Source: Scyliorhinus canicula (taxonomy: Eukaryota). From it: a DNA stretch of 64,000 nucleotides. Below the pieces are notes generated by a model. That model saw only the letters and a list, made by a program, of their open reading frames with translations, had not been told where the DNA came from and ran no database searches. Of the stretch, positions 1 through 12,196 are shown piece by piece. The stretch covers positions 124,001 to 188,000 of the forward strand of contig NW_024055806.1 in NCBI RefSeq assembly GCF_902713615.1, in the 5' to 3' direction. The position numbers and the translations under genes are program-made. Each line of letters starts with the position of its first letter. Position 1 is the stretch's first letter.

Positions 1-30
1 TGTAAATGAACAGAAACCTCACTGTCAGTT
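1..30 (-). other. Probable splice-acceptor flank of a ZNF exon lying just left of the window
   Basis: tgtaaatgaacagaaacctcactgtcagtt matches ctgtaaatttacagaaacctcattgtcagtt at 20841-20871. Confidence 0.5.
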
Positions 31-500
31 GTCATCGTTCTCAAGCTGGCACCGTTAACTTCTCCGAACAAATGATTCACAGGAATATCCGAGCAGATTT
101 ACGAGAGATAGCTCAACAAGCATCTTGCTGAACTAATTTTATTGTTCACACAAAGTGGCACATAGTTCTAACTTATTGAACACATGCACAGTCATTGTTT
201 AAAGTTTCAATCTGGTATATATAAACACACACTTTCACCTACTCTTTGCAGGCACTGCTTATCTTGTTATTGTCCACTGTCCCTATCTGTTACTGAGACA
301 GCCGTTACCTCCTGTTCCTTGTTATTGTCCACTGTCCCTATCTGTTACTGAGACAGCCGTTACCTCCTGTTCCTTGTTATTGTCCACTGTCCCTATCTGT
401 TACTGAGACAGCCGTTACCTCCTGTTCCTTGTTATTGAAGTTCGCTGTCCTTGTGAGAACACAGCTGCAAATTCTGCTGACTTGTGCTTAAAGTTTTACA
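30..500 (-). mobile_element. Candidate solo LTR with 3 x 55-bp U3 repeats
   Basis: The minus strand starts TGTAAAAC (500) and ends ...GATGACA (30). In order: tandem 55-mers (263-437), TATATATA (216-223), AATAAA (138-143). No TSD found. Confidence 0.45.
263..437. repeat. 55-bp tandem repeat, 3.2 copies
   Basis: cttgttattgtccactgtccctatctgttactgagacagccgttacctcctgttc starts at 263, 318 and 373; partial at 428. Confidence 0.95.
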
Positions 501-654
501 AAGGTCAATTTGAATTTTTGTAACAATCTGTAACCCGTTTTCTGGTGTTTTATTCAGACTGAAACCTCATTCTTAAATCATATCATAACCTTAACATGTA
601 CTATTTATTTCCCCTTCACACAGTCCAGGGTAGAAACCCACAGCATTCTCTCTG

Positions 655-2975
655 CCTGCTCCAGGATGACCCCTCCTGCTCCCTGCTCCAGGATGACCAC
701 TCCTGCTCCCTGCTCCAGGATGGCCGCTCCTGCTCCCTGCTCCAGGATGACCGCTCCTGCTCCCTGGTCCAGAATGACCCCTCCTGATGCCTGGTCCAGG
801 ATGGCCCCTCCTGCTCCCTGGTCATGGATAACCACTCCTGCTCCCTGGTCCAGGATGACCCCTCCTGCTCCCTGCTCCAGGAAGACACCTCCTGCTCCCT
901 GGTCATGGATAACCACTCCTGCTCCCTGGTCCAGGATGACCCCTCCTGCTCCCTGCTCCAGGAAGACACCTCCTGCTCCCTGCTCCAGGATGACCCCTCC
1001 TGCTCCCTGGTCCAGGATAACCACTCCTGCTCCCTGGTCCAGGATGACCCCTCCTGCTCCCTGCTCCAGGATGACCCCTCCTGCTCCCTGGTCCAGGATG
1101 ACCGCTCCTGCTCCCTACTCCAGGATGACCCCTCCTGCTCCTGCTCCAGGATGACCCCTCCTGCTCCCTGCTCCAGGATGACCCCTCCTGCTCCCTGCTC
1201 CAGGATGACCCCTCCTGCTCAATTGGTCCAGGATGGCCGCTCCTGCTCCCTGCTCCAGGATGACCCCTCCTGCTCCCTACTCCAGGATGACCCCTCCTGC
1301 TCCCTGGTCCAGGATGGCCGCTCCTGCTCCCTGGTCCAGGATGACCCCTCCTGCTCCCTGGTCCAGGATGACCCCTCCTGCTCCCTGGTCCAGGATGACC
1401 CCTCCTGCTCCCTGCTCCAGGATGACCGCTCCTGCTCCCTGCTCCAGGATGACCCCTCCTGCTCCCTGCTCCAGGATGACCCCTCCTGCTCCAGGATGAC
1501 CCCTCCTGCTCCCTGCTCCAGGATGACCCCTCCTGCTCCCTGCTCCAGGATGACCCCCCCTGCTCCAGGATGACCCCTCCTGCTCCCTGCTCCAGGATGA
1601 CCCCTCCTGCTGCCTGGTCCAGGATGACCGCCCCTGCTCCCTGCTCCAGGATGACCCCTCCTGCTCCAGGATGACCCCTCCTGCTCCCGAGTCCAGGATG
1701 ACCCCTCCTGCTGCCTGCTCCACGATGACCCCTCCTGCTCCCTGCTCCAGGATGACCCCTCCTGCTCCCTGCTCCAGGATGACCCCTCCTGCTCCCTGGT
1801 CCAGGATAACCACTCCTGCTCCCTGGTCCAGGATGACCCCGCCTGCTCCCTGGTCCAGGATGACCCCTCCTGCTCCCTGGTCCAGGATGACCGCTCCTGC
1901 TCCCTACTCCAGGATGACCCCTCCTGCTCCTGCTCCAGGATGACCCCTCCTGCTCCCTGCTCCAGGATGACCCCTCCTGCTCCCTGCTCCAGGATGACCC
2001 CTCCTGCTCAATTGGTCCAGGATGGCCGCTCCTGCTCCCTGCTCCAGGATGACCCCTCCTGCTCCCTACTCCAGGATGACCCCTCCTGCTCCCCGGTCCA
2101 GGATGGCCGCTCCTGCTCCCTGGTCCAGGATGGCCGCTCCTACTCCCTGGTCCAGGATGACCCCTCCTGCTCCCTGGTCCAGGATGACCCCTCATGCTCC
2201 CTGGTCCAGGATGACCCCTCCTGCTCCCTGGTCCAGGATGACCCCTCCTGCTCCCTGCTCCAGGATGACCGCTCCTGCTCCCTGCTCCAGGATGACCCCT
2301 CCTGCTCCCTGCTCCAGGATGACCCCTCCTGCTCCCTGCTCCAGGATGACCCCTCCTGCTCCCTGCTCCAGGATGACCCCTCCTGCTCCAGGATGACCCC
2401 TCCTGCTCCCTGCTCCAGGATGACCCCTCCTGCTGCCTGGTCCAGGATGACCGCTCCTGCTCCCTGCTCCAGGATGACCCCTCCTGCTCCCTGCTCCAGG
2501 ATGACCACTCCTGCTCCCAGCTCCAGGATGACCCCTCCTGCTCCCAGCTCCAGGATGACCTCCCCTGCTCCCAGCTCCAGGATGACCCCTCCTGCTGCCT
2601 GTTCCAGGATGACCACTCCTGCTCCCAGCTCCAGGATGATCGCTCCTGCTCCCTGGTCCAGGATGACCCCTCCTGCTCCTAGCTCCAGGATGACCTCCCC
2701 TGCTCCCTGGTCCAGGATGACCCCTCCTGCTCCTAGCTCCAGGATGACCTCCCCTGCTCCCTGGTCCAGGATGACCTCCCCTGCTCCCTGGTCCAGGATG
2801 ACCTCCCCTGCTCCCTGGTCCAGGATGACCCCTCCTGCTCCCTGCTCCAGGATGACACCTCCTGCTCCCTGCTCCAGGATGACCCCTCCTGCTCCCTAGT
2901 CTAGGATGACCCCTCCTGCTCCCTGCTCCAGGATGACCCCTCCTGCTCCCTGCTCCAGGATGACACCGCCTGCTG
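655..2975. repeat. 27-bp minisatellite (2.3 kb) with 20-bp deletion variants
   Basis: Unit CCAGGATGACCCCTCCTGCTCCCTG(C/G)T; it produces the LLQDDPSCS, RMTPPAPCS and GHPGAGSRR pseudo-ORFs. Confidence 0.97.
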
Positions 2976-3261
2976 CACATTGACCCTTTTGTCATCAGCA
3001 GTCGCTCGATTCGAGGATGGCGTCTACTCAGGGTCATGTTTTTCTGCCCCGGGTCTTCATGTGACTGAACAGAGCTGCAGATGTTTGGACACATGGGGCA
3101 GGACATCCCATGAGGCAGTGGGATCCAGAGAGCAGAATTTGCTTCATTATCTTTCCTTATCTGCCATTGTTCTGCTTCATCAATCAGGGACCTGGGTCTC
3201 TACAAACCAGGGTCATGTGTGTCAAATTACCCAGGTCAAAGGGTAATGCAGTTTGATGGTC

Positions 3262-3962
3262 ATAAAGAACAAAGAAAAGTACAGCACAGGAACAGGCCCT
3301 CCAAACATGCCACCCATCTGATCTAAAAACCCCTCCCCTTCTGGTGACCACATTCCTCTATTCCCGTCTTATTCATATTATTGTCAAGACGCCCCATAAA
3401 ACTCACTATCGTCCCTGCTTCCACTACCTCCCCCGACAACGAGTTCCAGGCTTTCACCACCCTCTGTGTAGAATAACGTACCTCATACATCTCCTTTAAA
3501 ACTTGCCCCTCGCACCTAAAACCTATGCCCCCTAGAAATTGTCTCTTCCACCCTGGGAAAAAGTTTCTGACTATCCACTCTGTCTATACCCCTCATAATC
3601 TTGTAGATTTCAATAAGGCCGTTCCTCAAGCTCCGTTGTTCCAGTGAGAACAAACCTGATTTCTCCAATCTCTTCTCATAGCTAATACCCTCCAGAACAG
3701 GCAACATCTGGTAAATCTTTTCTGTATCTTCTCCAAAGTCTCCACATCCCTCTGGTAGTCTGGCGACCAGAATTGAACCCTATATTCCAATTGCGGCTAA
3801 ACTAAGTTTCTATAAAGTTGCAACATGGCAATTTTTTAACTCAATACCCTGGCCGATGAAGGCATGCATGTCGTATGTCTTCTTGAGGACCTTCTCCACC
3901 TGTACTCCCACGTTCAGTGACCTGTGCACCTGTACACCCAGATCCCTCTGCCTATCAATACT
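3262..3962 (-). mobile_element. CR1 3' fragment
   Basis: LEGISYEKRLEKSGLFSLEQRSLRNGLIEIYKIMRGIDRV...RGHRF and terminal ...cctgtgctgtacttttctttgttc. Confidence 0.85.
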
Positions 3963-6900
3963 CTTTTTAAAAAAAAACATTTCATGATGGCATTTATGAT
4001 TTTATAACAAACGACACAAACACAAATGTAAACACAATTCAGTGAGTAACACATCCCTCCTTCTCCCACAGCTCCTGCCTACTCTAGACACAAAATAGCC
4101 TGACTCCCCTCCTATCCCCCTCACCTTATCGAACCCACTGACAGTTTAGGTTTCTCCGAAGAAGTCAATAAACGGCTGCCACCTCCGAACAAACCCGAAC
4201 ATTGACCCTCTTGGGGCGAACATCATTTTCTCAAGACTGAGAAACCCAGCTTTGTCGCTAACCCATACCTTTGATTTTGGGGTCTTCGAATCCCTCCATG
4301 CTAACAATATCTGTCTCCGGTTTACCAAGGAGGCAAAAGCCAAAACGTCAGCCTCTCTTGACCCCTGGACTCCCGGGTCTTCCGACACTCCGTAAATTGC
4401 CACCTCTGGACCCAGCGCCACCCTCGTCTTTAGCACCCTGGACATGACATCTGCTAATCCCTGCCAGTATCCCCTAACCGGAGTTGGCGTGAACATGGAA
4501 TGCGGGCCCTTCCGTGCACCTCACACACCTGTCCTCCACCCCAAAAAACATGCTCATCCGGGCCACTGAAATGAAAAATGAAGTACTGTCATGTGTGCCC
4601 GGTGAACCGCCTTGAATTGTATCAGGCTGAGCCTGGCACATGATGAGGACGTGTTGGCTCTGCTCAGCGCATCCTCCCACAGACCCACCTCTATCTCCCC
4701 TCCCAGCTCATCTTCCCATTTACGCTTTAGCTCACCTATCTGGGTTTCCTCTCACTCCATAAGTTTGTTATACATTTTCAAAACCTTCCTCTCCCCCACC
4801 TACGTTCTAAAAACTACCCGGTCCTGTATCCCCTGTAGCCGTAGAAGCGGAAAAGTTGGAACCTGCCTTAGCGCAAAATGCCTTATCTGCAGATATCGAA
4901 ACCCATTCTCTCCCGGCAATTCAAACTCCGCCTCCAAATCCTCGAAACATGGAAAGCTCCCATCAATAAATAGATCTCGCAGCCTCTCAATGCCTGCTCT
5001 CTGCCACTTCCAAAACTCCCCATCCAGGCTCCCCGGGACTAACTGGTGGTTGCCACAAATTGATGCCCACACCGACACTCCCTCCACTCCCATATGCTTC
5101 CGCCACTGCCCCCAAACTCTCAGGGCCGCCAGTACCACTGGGCATGTGGAGTACCGGGCCAGCAAGAATGGCAGAGGAGCCGATATCAATGCCCCCAAAC
5201 TTGTGCCTTTACATGATGCCGCCTCTACCCGCTCCCACGCCGACCCCTCCCCCACTACCCATTTCCTAATCATGGCTATATTTGCCATCCAGTAGTAGTT
5301 ACTCAAGTTTGGCAGCACCAGCCCACCCCCCTCTGCTCAGCAACACTTCTCTTTACTCGCGGGGTTTAACCCGTCCACACAAAACCAGAGATCACCTTGT
5401 TCACCCGCTTAAAAAAGGTCTTTGGTATAAAAATAGGGACGCACTGGAAAATGGAAAATAAACAAAAATCTAATTTTTACTGTTCCCTCCCCACCACAGG
5501 AGCATGTCCCACCTCCGAACGTCCTCCTTCATTTGTTTAACTAACCGGGTCAAATTTAATTTATGTACCTGCTCCCATCCCCGTGCCACCCTAATTTCCA
5601 AGTAATGGAAACTCCCTCCCACCACTTTAAACGGCAGCTCCCCCAGCTCCTGCCCTCTCGACCAGATCGCAAAAACCCATGTTCAATTTGTATCCTGAGA
5701 ACCGGCCAAATTCCCCAAAGATCCACATAAACTCTCCCATGCCCGCTAATGGGTCAGAATTGTATAGGAGACGGCACAGGGGGGAGGTGGGGGCCCTGAT
5801 ACGGGGCAACCACCGGTTTGTTGCGGGGAGAATTGATGGCGGGTTCCTGAGTTGGCACAGGGCAGGTATCAGGAGGTTGAGGGACCTATTTGTAGACGGG
5901 AAATTTGCGAGCCTGGGTGTGCTGGAGGGGAAGTTCGGGCTCCCCCCGGGGAGCGCCTTTAGGTACATGCAGGTAAGGGCATTTGCAGGCGTCAGGTGGC
6001 GGGGTTCCCTCTACGGCCGCCACGTGGGGCCAGGACAGGGTGCTCTCGGGGGTGTGGGTTGGTGAGGGGAGGATCTCGGAAGCGTACCAGGTGATGCAGG
6101 AGGTAGACGAGGCCTCGGTTGAGGAGTAGAAGGGTAAATGGGAGGAGGAGCTGGGTGAGGAGATGGAGGAGGGGACGTGGGCGGACGCCCTAGGAAGGGT
6201 GAACTCTTCTTGTGTGAGGCTTGGCCTCATACAGTTTACGGTGCTACACAGGGCTCACATGACCGGGACAAGGATGAGCCGGTTCTTTGGGAGTGAGGAC
6301 AGGTGTATTAGGTGCTCAGGGAGCCCAGCAAATCATGCCCATATGTTCTGGGAATGGCCAGCGCTGGGGGAATTTTGGAAGGGTGTAGCAAGGACGCTGT
6401 CGAGGGTGGTAGGATCCAGGGTCAATCCGGGCTGGGGGATCGCAATTTTTGGGGTTGCAGTGGAGCCGGGAGTGCAGGAGGTGAAAGAGGCCGGTGTTCT
6501 GGCCTTTGCGTCCCTAGTAGCCCGGCGGAGGATTCTTCTTCAGTGAAAGGATGCGAGACCCCCAAGCGTGGAGGCCTGGGTCAACGATATGGCAGGGTTT
6601 ATTAAATTAGAGAATGTGAAATTTGCCCTAAGGGGATCAGTGCAGGGGTTTTACGGGAGGTGGCAGCCATTTCTGTATTTCCTGGCAGAACGATAGGAAA
6701 AGGCCAGTAGCAGCAGCAACCGGGGGGAGGGAGGAGGGGGGGGGGGGGGGGTGTTTCGTTGTTTTGGACCGAAGGGACGGGCATATTTGTTCTGTGCCAA
6801 TGGGGGACGTTGATTTCTTTCTTTCTCTATGTACACACTGTGGTGGGGGGGTGTCGAAGGGGCGGGCGCGTGTTGTGTGCGAATGGCAGGTGTTAATTTA

Positions 6901-7495
6901 CCTCTTCCTTTGTGTATGCGTGTGGGGGGGGGGGGGGGGGGGGAACTGTTTCTTCTTTTTTCTGTTCTTTGTAAAAAAAAAATTACTTTTTGTTGTTGAT
7001 ATTTTATGAAAATTTTGAATAAAAATTATTTTTAAAAAAAGAATTGTATAGGAGTAGGTCATCTGCATTTAACGAGACCCTGTGTTCCACCCCCCCCCCC
7101 CCCCCCCCCCCACCACCCCAGTCCCCCAGGGACCAGCTCCTTCCAATCCTTTGACGCTCTCAGCGCCATCGCCAATGGCTCTATAGCCAAGTCAAACAAC
7201 AGTGGGGAGAGGGGACATTCCCTACCTTATCCCCCCCCCCCCCCCCGGTGCAGGCTAAAGTAGTCCGAGCTCACCCGGTTCGTCCGCACACTCGCCACTG
7301 GTGCCTGGTACAGCAACCGAACCCAGTCAATAAAGCCCTGCCCAAACCATCCCAGGACTCCCACAAATAATTCCATTCAACCTGGTCGAACGCCTTCTCC
7401 GTGTCCATAGCGACCGCTACCTCCGCCTCCAGCCCCTTGGAGGACTTCATGATCATCAGCCAGTTATAGGGGTTAATATTCTCGATAAAAGCCAA
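3963..7495 (-). mobile_element. 5'-truncated, decayed L1 (RT to 3' end) split by a nested L1
   Basis: DTEKAFDQVEW (7271-7495), GCPLSP region, NADDLLLY across the insertion, and C-terminal KIAMIRKWV..., FGVSE...KVKFAxRGS segments. Confidence 0.85.
5771..7039 (+). mobile_element. 5'-truncated L1 3' end nested in the minus-strand L1
   Basis: ORF2 C-terminus (CIRCSGSPANHAHMFW), AATAAA and A-tail. 15-bp TSD agaattgtataggag at 5756-5770 and 7040-7054. Confidence 0.92.
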
Positions 7496-7528
7496 ATAAA
7501 TGAGCTTTGTGTTAAATGATTTGTGTGT

Positions 7529-7736
7529 GGCCCACGGAAAGGTGGCGCAGTGGTTAGCACTGCTGAGTCACGGCGCCGAGAACCCGGCTTTCATCGCGGC
7601 CTTGGGCATTGTCGGTGTGCAGTTTGCCTTTTCTACCTGTATCTGCGTGGGTTTCATTCCTACAACCCAAAGATGTGCAGGGTAGGTGGATTGGCCACGC
7701 AAAATCTCCACTAAATTGGAAAAAGTAAAAATAAAA
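7529..7736 (+). mobile_element. tRNA-derived SINE (HE1/V-SINE-like head, short tail)
   Basis: A-box-like cagtggttagcac, body tgcgtgggtttc...gatgtgcag...ggattggcc; 11-bp TSD gatttgtgtgt at 7518-7528 and 7737-7747. Confidence 0.85.
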
Positions 7737-7779
7737 GATTTGTGTGTTAAATCTTAATATTGTCAACGTAAACAATTAT

Positions 7780-7920
7780 TTTTGAAGGTCTCTCCCTCTC
7801 CCCTGCCTCCTCCATCCTCACCTCCCCACAAGTGCTCATGGAGGATGAACTCATTCTTTGTAACTAAGATTGAGTCCCTTCAATCAGCTTTCTCTGCTGT
7901 TGATAATTCCCCTCACCCAC
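7780..7920 (+). mobile_element. L2-like LINE fragment (related piece at ~17400-17900, minus)
   Basis: KC...MNSFFVTKIESLQSAFSA resembles the segment between endonuclease and RT in shark L2-type elements, from memory of the family. Confidence 0.5.
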
Positions 7921-7994
7921 TGGGCCAAGTCTCCTCTAAAATTCCCCTTTGTCCGAGCCCTGAACTCCTCTTTCTCTCGTTTCCCTCACCTCCG

Positions 7995-8308
7995 TTCATG
8001 CCCTTTGAGACCTCAACTGGAATATTGTGCACAGTTCTGGGCGCCACTCCATAGAAAGGATGTGAACACATTGGAGAGAGTGCAGAAGAAGTTTCCAAGA
8101 ATGGTTCTAACAAGTTCCTTGTATAAGTTCAGCATAATCTCTTTGCTCGTCTACTCAATTCTCCTATTAATTTTAGAATCCATGCAGTGCAGAAGGAGGC
8201 CATTCGGCCCATCAAGTCCGCACCGACTCTCCGAAAGAGCACCCTACCTAGGCCCACTTCCCATCCCTATCCCAGTAACTCCACCTAACCAACACATCTT
8301 TGAACTGT

Positions 8309-8341
<33 letters not shown>

Positions 8342-8850
8342 ACCGCAGCACCCAGAGAAAACTCATGCAGACACGGAAGAAAATGCAAACTCCACACAGG
8401 CAGTCACCCAAGGCTAGTATTGAACCCAGGTCCCAGGTGCTGTGAGGCAGCGGTGCTAACCACTGTGCCGCAGAATAATAAATCCAAGGATACTGAGTAC
8501 CTTTGTTTTGAATCATCCGCAAACTTTGAAACTGTTCCCTGTACACCAACGTCTAGATCACTGATATATATCAAGAAAAGCAGGTGTCCCAATACCACCC
8601 TCTGGGGAACACGACTAAACTCTTCCTCCAGCCCCCAAAAATATCCATTGACCAGTTCTCTCTGTTTCCTATTACTCGGCCAATATTGTATCCATGTTGC
8701 TCCTGTTTCTTTTATTCCATGAGCTATAGCTTTGCTCACAAGTCTATTGTGTGGCATTGTATCAAATGCCTTTTGAAAGTCCATGTACACCACATCTGCA
8801 GCATTACCCTCATCAACGCCTTTTGTTAGCGCCTCAAAAAACTCCAGCAA
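7995..8850. mobile_element. CR1 RT fragments in both orientations, interrupted by a SINE
   Basis: Minus 8480-8850: LEFFE...VVYMDFQKAFD...SKFADDSK. Plus 8000-8105: LEYCAQFWAP...LERVQKKF. Confidence 0.75.
8172..8471 (-). mobile_element. HE1-like SINE with CR1-type tail
   Basis: Head, body and tail ...gggccgaatggcctccttctgcactg; internal G run of about 30 nt. Confidence 0.85.
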
Positions 8851-9164
8851 GTTAGTTAAACATTTTTAGAATGATCCTAAAGAAGGGAAAGCGCAGGTTA
8901 GGGAGAAGGTTAATACTGTCAACATTCAGAACAACACAGACATTAAAGGAATAATTAATCTCAAAGACTATCTCTTGTAGTTTGTGTGACGGGGTTTGCT
9001 GACCCAAGTGTAAAGAAATTAAATGGTACATATTTTTTTATTTAAATAATTCTACTTAAATCTGGAACTCTGGATTGGCTGGGAGGATTTGGATCAGTGT
9101 GACAGTATTTCAGAACCAGTGTTCAGTCTACTCAGCAGCAGTAGGCTAAATCTCTCCTCAAAAC

Positions 9165-9390
9165 CCACATTGAAATCTGCATGTTCTCCCCGTGTTTGCG
9201 TGGGTTTCCTCCGGGTGCTCCAGTTTCCTCCCACAAGTCCCAAAAGACGTGCTGCTAGGTGGATTGGACATTCTGGAATCTCCCACAGTGTACCCGAACA
9301 GGCGCTGGAATGTGGCAACTAGGGCCTTTCACAGTAACTTCATTGCAGTGGTAATGTAAGCCTACTTGTGACAATAATAATAAAGATTAT
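9165..9390 (+). mobile_element. 5'-truncated SINE, tail type 2
   Basis: Body plus gaacaggcgctggaatgtggcaactagggcctttcacagtaacttcattgcagtg...cctacttgtgac tail. Confidence 0.8.
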
Positions 9391-9577
9391 AAAAGTCCAC
9401 TCCCATTCCCTATACCAACGACCCTAACCTAACCTAAGCATGTTTTCTGAGCACTAAGGGGCAATTTAGCATGGTTATTCCGGTCTTGGGCTGATCAGTT
9501 ACCATACAAGCTGTGATGCAATAAGATAGGTTGCTTTCTGTGGTGCATCTGTAAAAATTTATAAGAGTCAATGTGGA

Positions 9578-9800
9578 TGGGGTGGCACAGTGGTCAACAC
9601 TGCTGCCTCATGATGCTGAGTACCCAGGTTCGATCCCGGCCCTGGGTCACTGTCCGTGTGGAGTTTGCACATTCTCCTTGTGTCTGCATGGGTTTCACCC
9701 CCACAACACAAAGATGTGCAGGGTAGGTAGATTGGCCACAGTAAATTGCCCCTTAATTGGAAAAAAACCCAATTGGGTACTCTAAATTTAAAAAAAGGAC
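9578..9800 (+). mobile_element. SINE, short-tail type
   Basis: A/B boxes (cagtggtcaacac; ggttcgatccc); TSD tcaatgtgga at 9568-9577 and 9801-9810. Confidence 0.85.
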
Positions 9801-10199
9801 TCAATGTGGACAAACCAAATGTACTTCGTTTCCTGTGGAATATACGAAGTACATCTAAAGTTCATCATTTCAGTATTTCACTGAGGACCAGAACCATGTA
9901 AGGATTTGACTGTCTGTATTATTGCAGCGCTGTAAATAAAATTAGTAAAAGACGATTTGTTGTTGGCAGTTTGATTATCTGGTATCTGAAAACGACAAGA
10001 TTCAATATTTAGTCAACAAGGTGAATAAGGAAACATATCAGGGCATAATACTCCAGCTGGATGTTCACAGGAGAAAGGCTGTTATCAAACACCTCGAATG
10101 GACAGGACAGAGAAATATCCCAACTGTAAGAAACTCTCAAATCATTTGTAAATATCTTTCAAATGCTGACAGGTTGCAACTGTCAGTTTCCATCACATT

Positions 10200-10790
10200 G
10201 AAGTCAATGAAATGTTAAGAGAATGGTTATTCCAGAACTAAAAAACACGAGTTATATCACAGCTAGAGTACGGAGTTCCGGTCACCACATTACAGGAAGG
10301 ATGTGATTGTACTGGAGAGAGTACGGAAGAGATTTATCTGGATGTTTCCAGGATTGGGGAATTTCAACAAGAGGAAAGATTGGATCGACTGGGATTGTTT
10401 TCTGTGGAACAGAGGAGGCTGAGTGGACATTTAATTGAGGTGTATAAAATCATGAGGGTCCCAGATATAGTGGATCAGACGGCAGAAGGACCTATTTCAT
10501 TAACAGGCTGGTCAGTAACCAGGGGGCCAGAGATTTAAGTATCTATTGGAAAGATTTGAGGGGAATTGAGGATTTTCTTCACCAAGGGGTGTGGTGGGGG
10601 TCTGGAACTCTGAAAGGTAGGTATAGACAGAAACGCTCATCACATTTAAAGACACCCCGATGTGGAGTTTCTGTGACCTGCAGGGCTACAGACCAAGAGG
10701 TGGAAAGTGGACCCGATAAACCATTTTCAGCCAACACAGACACAATGGGCTGAATGGCCTCCTCTGTGCTGTAAATTTCTAGGATTCTGT
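10200..10790 (+). mobile_element. CR1 3' fragment
   Basis: WSPHYRKDV..LERV..RF / LFSVEQRRL / terminal gggctgaatggcctcctctgtgctgtaa. Confidence 0.75.
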
Positions 10791-11003
10791 GATGACAAGT
10801 GATCCTTGGGTTTTTATCCAATACCGACCTCAGCCCAGTCAGTTAGTCCAAATGTTGGTGTGATGGATCAAGTTAAGAGGTCTCAGGTACCAGGAGCAGT
10901 GATTCAAATGGAAATATAAGTAAATCTGATATAGTTTATCTGTATTTGGTTACGTTTTAATAACTTCTCCTGAATGTGACCCTCACCCAGGTTTTGATTT
11001 GAT

Positions 11004-11308
11004 TTATTTATAATAATAATCTTTATTGTCACAAGTTAGCTTATATTAACACTGCAATGAAGTGACTGTGAAAAGCCACTAATCCGCCACATTCCGGGCC
11101 TGTTTGGGTACATGGAGGGAGAATTCAGAATGTACAAGTTACCTAACGGCATGTCTTTCGGGGCCTGCGGAGGAAACCGGAGCACTCGGAGGAAACCCAC
11201 GCAGACACAGGGAGAATGTGAAGACTCTGCACAGACAGTGACCAAAGCCAGGAATTGAACCTGGGACCCTGGTGCTGTAAAGCAACAATGCTAACCACTG
11301 TACTGCCC
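11004..11308 (-). mobile_element. SINE, tail type 2
   Basis: Same head/body as HE1-like copies, type-2 tail ending (ATT)n. Confidence 0.85.
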
Positions 11309-11479
11309 ACACTGCTGGCCTTGTTCTGCATCATATAAAAATTGTCAATACATTTGGTTCAAAACAGAAGTTCAGGTCTTAATGCCTTGTTTGATTTCAC
11401 TTTGCTGTGTTTAAATCCTCCCCTTGTAACCTCCTGTAAAAGGAGTTTCCAGAATCCATCACTGTCAGTCCTGCTGAGT

Positions 11480-12050
11480 GGACAGGGCTCACCGCGCATG
11501 CGCCCTGCTGCACACTGCCCCCTGCGAGGATGGCGGTGGTTAACTGGGGAAAGGCTCTACAGGAAAACCTTCCCTCGGTGCAAACTTGGGAGTGGTAATT
11601 TCTTGTTTTAGCTTTGAGGCCACTGGGTGTGTGTGAAGCTTCCCCTCCCACCCACTGCCCCTAACGCCGCCTCCACATATCTGCCTCCTTCCCGCCTAAC
11701 GATGAGAGAAAGAAGCGTCTGTCCCTGGACATTAGTTGCACTGCGCATGCTCAACATCACAATACCCGGGGAATGATTGACGGCAGCTCCGGACCAATAG
11801 AAAGAGAGGGAAACTGGAGGACCGAGCAGGAGCGGCTGGTTCGCCAACCAATCAGAGTGAATGAGGGGCGGGGGTGATCGTGGACCTCCCTCATTGGCTG
11901 AGAGTCTGCATCATTTTTTCTTCCCATTGGCCACGTGGCGTGGGTTCCAGAATCTCATTTCCTGCCTGAGAGGTGTTGACCAATTGAAGACTTGGAGGAC
12001 GGATGGACTCTGGTCCTCCATCCAATCAGTCTGCGGGTTTTGTGTGATTG
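11480..12050. promoter_or_regulatory. CpG-rich promoter-like module 1
   Basis: NRF1 palindrome GCGCATGCGC 11494-11503 and TGCGCATGC 11742-11750, several CCAAT/ATTGG boxes, GC box GGGGCGGGG ~11865-11873. Confidence 0.6.
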
Positions 12051-12196
12051 AATATTGAGCTTCACACAGACTGAAACTTCTTCCTGAGTCAAACTTGAAT
12101 AAAACAATTTATTTTTAGAGTCCATTGAGCCTTCTACAGAACTGCTACAAGGAACAACAAACGTTAACTCTGTTTCATTCGCCACAGATGTGGCAT

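Noticed and set aside
655-2975. Possible CRISPR-like array (also considered for the 39-mer and 55-mer)
   Set aside because: Units are head-to-tail with no unique spacers, the context is vertebrate, and no cas genes are present.
596-3106. Long ORFs resembling collagen-like (GHPGAGSRR) or Cys-rich repeat proteins
   Set aside because: All frames are open only because the 27-bp unit lacks stops; frames switch at 20-bp variants, with no Gly-X-Y periodicity, splice context or unique domain.
5627-6065. Apparent head-to-head fusion or twin-priming inversion of L1 at ~5770
   Set aside because: A 15-bp TSD (5756-5770, 7040-7054) and resumption of the host RT at 7055 show a simple nested insertion.
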